Assembly (NCBI GenBank): GCA_963706575.1
Contig: CAVPNL010000009.1
Span: forward strand, 224,001 to 288,000
DNA from: an uncultured delta proteobacterium
GTDB taxonomy: Bacteria > Desulfobacterota > Desulfobacteria > Desulfobacterales > JAHEIW01
Length of the DNA stretch: 64,000 bases
Direction: 5' to 3'
A model generated the notes under the pieces. It did not search any database and was not told where the DNA came from. It was given only the letters and a program-made list of their open reading frames with translations. Positions 57,686 to 64,000 of this stretch are shown piece after piece (the first letter of the stretch is position 1; every line of letters begins with the position of its first letter). Both the position numbers and the translations under genes were made by a program.

Positions 57686-58928
57686 ATGAAAAGGATTATT
57701 ACCATATTAGCCATTTTTGCATTGATTTTTGCATTTGGCGCCAACATGGCCCTGGCAGCCGAAAAAAAGCCCAAAGAATACAACCTGCATTTTATCACGC
57801 GGGCTGAGCGGCCCGCTGGCGCATGCAGCTCAAACCCAGAAATTGGCGGTTGAGTTGCTCGTAGAGCAATACAACGCCAAAGGCGGGTTGAACATGCCCT
57901 GGGGCAAGGTTCCGATCAAACTTGCCGTCGCAGACGATGAAATGAAGCTGGATGTCGGCGTTCGTCGCTTCCGGGAAGCGGTCGAATCCGGTGCCCATGG
58001 TGTCAGCGGCAGTATCTACAACCCCATGTCGGCGGCTTTCAATGAAGAGACCAAGATTACCGGCACGCCCTATATCCCCGGCTGCGTTCCCGCCCTGGAC
58101 GCCTTTAAAAAGGGCAATCCGGCGCCGCCACCTATCTCGGTGGCCTTTACCCCCTGGAGCATCGGCTATCTTACGGCAGATGCACTGGTGAACGGCTTGG
58201 GTAAAAAGACGTTCTTCTGGCAGATCCGACCCGATTCCTGGGGAACGGTCACGCTGCAGGGATTTGAAGACGGCATCAAAGAATTCGGCGGCAAGGTTCT
58301 CGGTGTCGAACAGCTGCCCAAGGGCGCGCCGGACTATTCGGCGGTGATCAACAAGGCTCTGGCAGCCAAACCGGATGTCTTTATTACCAACATGTTCGGC
58401 GGCGATGCGGTTGCCTGCATCAAACAGGCCTATGACATGGGGCTCCACAAGACCAGTATGCTGGTCAACAGCTGGACCACCTATGAAGTCGCTATGGGTA
58501 TTCCCGCCGAGGCCGCTGAACAGTTGTATGCCCTGACCTATTACTATTATGATATCGGCGGGTTTTCGCAGGATTTGGGTGCCAGGGGCAAGGCGCTGCG
58601 CGAAGACCATATGAAAAAATATGGCTCTCCGCCGGATGCTTACGCCGTGCTGGCTTATACCGCGGTGGATGTCCTGATGCAGGCGACTGAAAAGGCCGGC
58701 AGTGTTGACGGCAAAAAGGTCGGCAAGGTGCTTGGCAGCGCGACATTCAACACCGTCAAGGGTGATGCAAGCTTTAGAGAAGACCATCAGCTGCAGGGCA
58801 AATACCTGGCGTTCTTTGTTAAAGGTAAAGCCGCCAGTGCCAGAAAGGACAAATATGATGTGTTTGAGGTCATTGGCGCTTACGGCGGTGATAAGGCATT
58901 GCCTCCGTTGAAGAGTCTGGGCTACTAA
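57686..58928 (+). CDS. Liv-type (branched-chain amino acid family) ABC substrate-binding protein (one +1 frameshift near 57800)
   Basis: Signal peptide MKRIITIL..AMALAA followed by 'GLSGPLA..YNAKGG', 'DYSAVINKA', 'TVKG'. Confidence 0.88.
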
Positions 58929-58953
58929 AACGTTAATTTTTAATTCGTTGGCT

Positions 58954-58985
58954 TCGTTCCGGGGGTGGAAACACCCCCGGAACGA
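58954..58985 (+). terminator. stem-loop after the SBP gene
   Basis: TCGTTCCGGGGGTG-gaaa-CACCCCCGGAACGA. Confidence 0.65.
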
Positions 58986-59025
58986 CTGCCGTCAAATGGG
59001 CGTTTTGCCTTACAAGAGGTTAAAG

Positions 59026-59790
59026 ATGGACAATCAGCCAGTAATGGCCACCCAGGGGGTCACGAAAAAATTCGGAGACTTTGTTGCGATTAATAACGTC
59101 GACTTTGAACTGGAAAATAAGGAAACATTGGGCATCATCGGCCCCAACGGTGCCGGAAAAACAACGTTTATCAATCTCCTCAGCGGATTTTATCCTCCGG
59201 AAGAAGGCCGGGTTTTTTACCATGGCCAGGACATTACCGAGCTTTCGCCGGCCAAAAGGGTTAAACTCGGCATCACCCGAACGTTTCAGCTGGTGCATGT
59301 CTTTGACAACTTAAGTGTCTACGAAAATCTGGGGCTTGCGGTTTATCGCAAAAACACAAACTCAGCGTTTACCTTCGGTATGTTTTCGAGCAGTTTGCGA
59401 CAGAATGCAATCACAGCCTAAGGTCGACGAATCCCTTGAAATGCTTGAATTGGACCACCTGCGTGATGAGACCGTTGCCAGCCTGCCGCTGGGCAGCAAA
59501 AAAAGACTTGAAATTGCCATGGCCTTTGTTTCGGATCCTGAAATTATCATCTTTGATGAACCCTTTTCGGGTCTGGGTGACCAGGAAATTGATGAGGTGG
59601 TCGGCGTATTGAAAAAATATCACCCATGACAAGACCATTCTGGTAATCGAACACAAGGTTTCCAAGCTCGAGGAGTTCGTGGATCGGCTCGCCGTGATGC
59701 ATGAAGGCGAAATCATCGCCTGCGGAGAGAGCCAGGCCACGCTCAACGATCCGCAAGTTCGACGAATGTTACTGGAAACTGGAAACATAA
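59026..59790 (+). CDS. livG: ABC ATP-binding protein, LivG-like (two or three +1 frameshifts)
   Basis: 'GPNGAGKTT', 'RTFQ', 'FDEPFSG', 'IEHK' are spread over three frames; breaks near 59419, 59621 and possibly 59766. Confidence 0.82.
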
Positions 59791-59806
59791 TCAAGGCAGG
59801 TTAATA

Positions 59807-60500
59807 ATGATGAACGAAACATTGCTAAGTGTTAAAGACCTCAATGTCTCTTACAAGACCTTGCATGTTCTATTCGATATCTCCATTGAAATCAGGGAAG
59901 GCGAAGTGGTCGTCGTGGTCGGGCGCAATGGGGCCGGCAAAACCACCCTGTTTCGAACCGTTGCCGGCTTCCTGAACCAGGACCTCAGGGGCGATCACTT
60001 TTAAAGGACAGGATATCGGAAATCTGCCCGCCTATGAGGTTGCCGTTCGCGGGCTTAAATACATTCAACAGGATAAACATGTGTTTGCGGATCTGTCCGT
60101 ACGGGAAAACCTCGAGCTGGGCAGTTATGCCACCAAGGATTACGAATGGGACCGGGTGCTGGATCATTTTCCCAAGTTAAAGACCCTGATGGACAGAAAG
60201 GGCGGCAACCTCAGCGGCGGGGAACGCCAGATGCTTTTAATGGCTCAATCCCTGCTGGGTAAGCCGGATCTGGTGTTGATGGATGAGCCCACCGAAGGGT
60301 TGGCACCGCATGTCATTGATGATTTGAAACTAGCCTTTAAAAAGATCAGCGAACAAAGCACCCTGGTGATCATCGAACAAAACCTGCCGCTGACGGCGGA
60401 GGTTGCTGATCGTGTCTATGCCATGAAAGAAGGCAAACTGGTTGCCGAAATCACCGATAAGAAAGAAATCCAAGATCTTGCGTTTGAAAAATATCTATAG
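59807..60500 (+). CDS. livF: ABC ATP-binding protein, LivF-like (one +1 frameshift near 59981)
   Basis: 'GRNGAGKTT', 'LSGGERQML', 'DEPTEGLAP', 'IEQN'. Confidence 0.87.
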
Positions 60501-60555
60501 GCCGATAGTGGTATAAATGATGAATCGATCCGCCGTTTGACGATTAGGGGGTAAG

Positions 60556-61558
60556 ATGAACCAGCTTTCAAGATACATTCGGGGGCCGCTTATTCTGGTC
60601 GCACTTGCTTGTGATTGCGAGATATCTGTTTCCGAGCAAAATGACGTTCTTTTGGGAAGTCAGCACCTTTGGCATTTACATCATCGCCAATGATATCCTT
60701 TACGGATATATGGGCATGGTCTCTTTCGGCCAGCCCTTTTATCTGGGGGTGGGGGCATACGCGGCCGCGCTCTATCTGGCGCATATCGGCCACAATATTT
60801 TCATCGCCATCAGCCTGGCCATCCTGGCGGGCCTGGTGACCGGGTTGATCCTCGGTCCGGCATATATACGCCTGCGGGGGGATTACTATGCGCTGATCAA
60901 CGCGGCGACGTGTGCCATGGGGCTGTTTATGGTGGAAAAGGTCCTGTATCCGATTACCAATGGTGATGACGGCCTCTGGTATCGTGCGAGTATGCATCAA
61001 ACGCCATTTTTGAATCTAAAAATGCCCGGTGATGTCTTTTTGTTTACCATGATCATTCTGGGCCTGGTGATGATCTTTTATACCTGGCTGGATCGATCGA
61101 CCCTCGGGGCGGCGTTTCGAGGTATGAAGGCCAGTGAGAGCAAGATGAAATTTTTGGGCTACGATACCTTTAAGCTCAGGTGGCTGGGCTATACCATGAT
61201 GTGTGTTTTAGCGGCTTTGGCGGGCTCCCTGTATGCCATCAATTATGGATTCGTAAACCCCAGCATCTCCGAGCCCGCCAGAGCGGCCGAGGTGCTGGTG
61301 GCCACGCTGCTGGGCGGGCCCGGAAGCGTTTACGGACCCTTTTTCGGCACCCTCGCCTTTCTGGGGATCAAAGACATTGTCAGTGCGATCATGGACCGTT
61401 GGGAGCTGGCGGTCGGCATTCTGACGATTATTGTCTGCTTTTATTTTGAAGGCGGCGTGTGGGGCACCATTCAGACAATCGGTTCCAAAATCAAAGGCCG
61501 GACCGCCAACCAGACGGGTGCTATCACCATCAAAACTGCCAAAGGTGGCAAAAGCTAA
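60556..61558 (+). CDS. livM: ABC permease, LivM-like (one +1 frameshift near 60607)
   Basis: 'GMVSFGQ', 'RLRGDY', 'TNGDDG', 'LLGGPGSVYGP'. Confidence 0.87.
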
Positions 61559-61587
61559 AATATACCGTAAAAAAAGAGGAACCAACT

Positions 61588-62466
61588 ATGTTTGATTTAT
61601 ACCTTTCCGCCGTCATTTTCGGATTGGGGATCAGCGGCATTTTGTTTCTGGTATCCATCGGCATCTCCATTGGATTCGGTCTGATGCGCATCATCAATAT
61701 GGAGCAGATGGTCTATTACACTTTTGGCGCCTATATGACCTTTGCCCTGGTTTCAAGCACGGGCAGTTTTATGCTGGGACTCATCGCCGGCACCTTGGTG
61801 GCTGCCACAGCCGGGTTTCTGGTCGAGACCCAGCTGCTGCGCAGGGTATACGGCAAAGAGCTGATGTTTACCATGGTGGTCACCTTCAGTGTGTTCATGA
61901 TCGGAATCGGCCTGGTTCAGTATGGCTTCGGACTGGCCAGCAAACCGGTCGGCATGCCCTTCCGGGTGATTGTTCCGATTGGGGGCGCCCAGGTGCCGCT
62001 TTACCGCGTGATGGTATTTGTCATCGGTATGTTGGTATATGTTTTAATCTGGCTATTTCTCAATAAAACGATTGTCGGTAAAGCCATCCGCGCCGGGATT
62101 GAAAATCCGGACCAGGTCCAGGGGCTGGGGATTAATATCCGCAAAATTTTCACCATCACATTTGTGGTTGCCAGCGGTCTGGCCGGATTCGGCGGCGCCC
62201 TCAATTCGCCCCTGGTGGGGGTTACCCCTTACATGGGTTTTGACATGCTGCTCTTTGCATTTATTACGGTGATTTTAGGGGGTCTGGGCAGTATCAAAGG
62301 AACCCTGGTTTCGGCATTGATAATGGGGCAGGTCATGTCGGTGGGCGGAACCATTTACGGTCCGCTGGCGTTCGTGGGACCTTTCATGGTGATGTTTGTT
62401 GTCATATTGTTCCGACCCACCGGTCTCTATGGTGTCAAAGGTCGGGCTTTTGGATTTGAAGAATAA
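61588..62466 (+). CDS. livH: ABC permease, LivH-like
   Basis: 'FGLMRIIN', 'GKAIRA', 'LGGLGS', 'FRPTGL'. Confidence 0.9.
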   Translation: MFDLYLSAVIFGLGISGILFLVSIGISIGFGLMRIINMEQMVYYTFGAYMTFALVSSTGSFMLGLIAGTLVAATAGFLVETQLLRRVYGKELMFTMVVTFSVFMIGIGLVQYGFGLASKPVGMPFRVIVPIGGAQVPLYRVMVFVIGMLVYVLIWLFLNKTIVGKAIRAGIENPDQVQGLGINIRKIFTITFVVASGLAGFGGALNSPLVGVTPYMGFDMLLFAFITVILGGLGSIKGTLVSALIMGQVMSVGGTIYGPLAFVGPFMVMFVVILFRPTGLYGVKGRAFGFEE

Positions 62467-62534
62467 GTGTACAAGAACTTACGCACGTACGTAATTACGA
62501 AAATACGCAAATAAGCATATAATACCGGTATGAA

Positions 62535-62583
62535 AATAACGCAGACAACCGCACTCAATTGATGGATGTCTGCGTTATCTTTT
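62535..62583 (+). terminator. intrinsic terminator candidate
   Basis: ATAACGCAGACA ... TGTCTGCGTTAT followed by ctttt. Confidence 0.55.
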
Positions 62584-62787
62584 AGAAGTGGTTTCAAAAC
62601 CCCATCTGAGGTCCAATGGCTGCGTTGTCCCGCCCATTGAAATGCTCACGTACTTACGTGTACGCTCGGAACAACGACTTCCAATGCGCGGGACGCCTTG
62701 ATGCATACATTAATCTATTTAGATCAGACATGTAATCCCGCTTAGCGGGGCCCTAGCACCTGATCTGAGGTTTTGAAACCACTTCTA
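62583..62787 (+). mobile_element. 205-bp MITE-like element (type-2 ends) with an internal insertion
   Basis: TAGAAGTGGTTTCAAAACC ... GGTTTTGAAACCACTTCTA. It shares 'ccaatggctgcgttg' and 'aaatgctcac' with 51540 and has an extra CCCGC-tta-GCGGG hairpin segment. Confidence 0.85.
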
Positions 62788-62843
62788 GGCGTTTCACGCA
62801 TAAGCGATTGAGTTTATCAATAAAACTGGAAAGGAATTTAGCA

Positions 62844-63209
62844 ATGACAGCTCCTTTTAAAAAGCAGTCGGAAGTCGAATGGGAATCCCATTTTATGACC
62901 GATAACGGCAAGATCCGCTGGATTTACACCCGCGAAAAGGATGACTCTCCGATTACCGTTATGCAGGTCCGGTTGGAAAAGGGGGTGACCCTGCCCGATC
63001 ACGTCCATCCGGATCAGCCGGATCTGATATACGTGCTTGAGGGTAAAGGCACGATGTTCATTGACGGCGTCGGCGAGTTTCCGGCCGAGGCCGGAATGAT
63101 TATTCAGGTACCGCCCAACACCAAGCACGCGATTCGCAATATTGAAGAAGATATCCTGCTATACAATGTTTTTGTACCGGCGATTCCGTATAAAAAAGGC
63201 AAGGAGTAG
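62844..63209 (+). CDS. cupin domain protein
   Basis: 'LPDHVHPDQPDLIYVLEGKG' ... 'VPPNTKHAIRN'. Confidence 0.87.
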   Translation: MTAPFKKQSEVEWESHFMTDNGKIRWIYTREKDDSPITVMQVRLEKGVTLPDHVHPDQPDLIYVLEGKGTMFIDGVGEFPAEAGMIIQVPPNTKHAIRNIEEDILLYNVFVPAIPYKKGKE

Positions 63210-63211
63210 CG

Positions 63212-64000
63212 GTGATCGCGGACGAAGCTGCAACGCTTCCTCAAATGGGTGATTATGATGTGATCATCATCGGCGGCGGAATTATCGGCGCCATGATCGC
63301 CCGGCAGCTGTCCAAATTTCAGGGGCGTTTCGCGCTTCTGGAAAAAGCGGCTTTTCCCGGATGCGGGGTTTCCAAAGCGAGCCTGTCTCAAATCCATCTG
63401 CCGGATTTTTGCCCGCCGGGTTCGCTCAAAGGCAGGCTTTGCCGCAATGCACCCGCGCGCTTCAAGAAATTGGCCACTGAACTGGAAGTTCTGTATCGTG
63501 AGGTCGATGAGCTCTGGCTGGCTTTGGAACCGGCCCAGATGAGCGACCTCGAGGCGGCCAAAGCACGTGCGGAATCACACGGCGCCACCGGTTTTGAAAT
63601 CATCGGCCCCCAACGGATACGTGAGCTTGAGCCCCATGTCACGCCCGATGCGGTGGCCGGTTTATATGCCAAAGGGCTGGGGGTTATTTATACACCGGAA
63701 TGGAATTTCGCGCTGATTGAAAATGCCGTGCAAAATGGTGTGCAACTGCATTTGCAAACAGAAGTTATTGATATTGGCAAAACCAAAGACGGGGCCTATC
63801 GCCTGATCACCCGTCAGGGGACGCTGACCGCAAGTTATGTGATTAATGCGGCTGGACTCTATGCCGACGAAATCTCTAAAATGGCGGGCGACGGACATAT
63901 TCATTTATCCCTGCGCAAAGGGACCATGCTCATTTTCGATAAATCCGTATCGCACCTGGCACGAAACATGATATTCGGCAGCTTCAGCGAATCCCACAGC
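63212..64000 (+). CDS. FAD-dependent oxidoreductase (glycerol-3-phosphate DH / L-2-hydroxyglutarate oxidase family), 3'-truncated by the window
   Basis: Absent from the ORF track (no stop in the window). 'DYDVIIIGGGIIG', 'LLEK', 'GVSKAS', 'ELEP', 'VINAAGLYADEI', 'RKG'. Confidence 0.88.
   Translation, partial: MIADEAATLPQMGDYDVIIIGGGIIGAMIARQLSKFQGRFALLEKAAFPGCGVSKASLSQIHLPDFCPPGSLKGRLCRNAPARFKKLATELEVLYREVDELWLALEPAQMSDLEAAKARAESHGATGFEIIGPQRIRELEPHVTPDAVAGLYAKGLGVIYTPEWNFALIENAVQNGVQLHLQTEVIDIGKTKDGAYRLITRQGTLTASYVINAAGLYADEISKMAGDGHIHLSLRKGTMLIFDKSVSHLARNMIFGSFSESHS

Noticed and set aside
59621..59632. TGA in livG as possible selenocysteine
   Set aside because: Downstream homology is in a different frame, the position is not a Cys site, and no SECIS-like hairpin is evident.

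Overview
Chromosomal window from an anaerobic bacterium. A Desulfobacterota/deltaproteobacterial origin is inferred from a tungsten-type AOR, the dapL lysine route, a Sec-encoding gene and TRAP/TAXI transporters; no marker gene confirms it. The 1-17 kb part is mixed housekeeping: PAS histidine kinase, archaemetzincin, a DsrE-family selenoprotein hidden by an in-frame UGA, degenerate secreted metalloenzymes, PolX-PHP, lrp-dapL-lysA and an endonuclease IV-like gene. The 17-64 kb part is a dense small-molecule catabolic region: three beta-hydroxyacid dehydrogenases, two creatininase-family amidohydrolases (one IolN-like), six stand-alone cupins, an M24-family enzyme, a split transketolase, AOR, TAXI/TRAP/Liv transporters, kdgK-eda-RraA with a HexR-like regulator, an HpcH aldolase and a SorC regulator. 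Intergenic DNA is unusually structured. It holds a TA-bounded MITE family, GTAG-type REP doublets, many inverted arms built from tandem 7-9-mers (often nested in each other and fused to stop codons), a ~165-bp inverted repeat pair bracketing lrp-dapL, and a candidate anti-Shine-Dalgarno sRNA. Nine genes carry single-base insertions that look like sequencing/assembly errors. No rRNA, tRNA, CRISPR array, transposase or integrase was seen.
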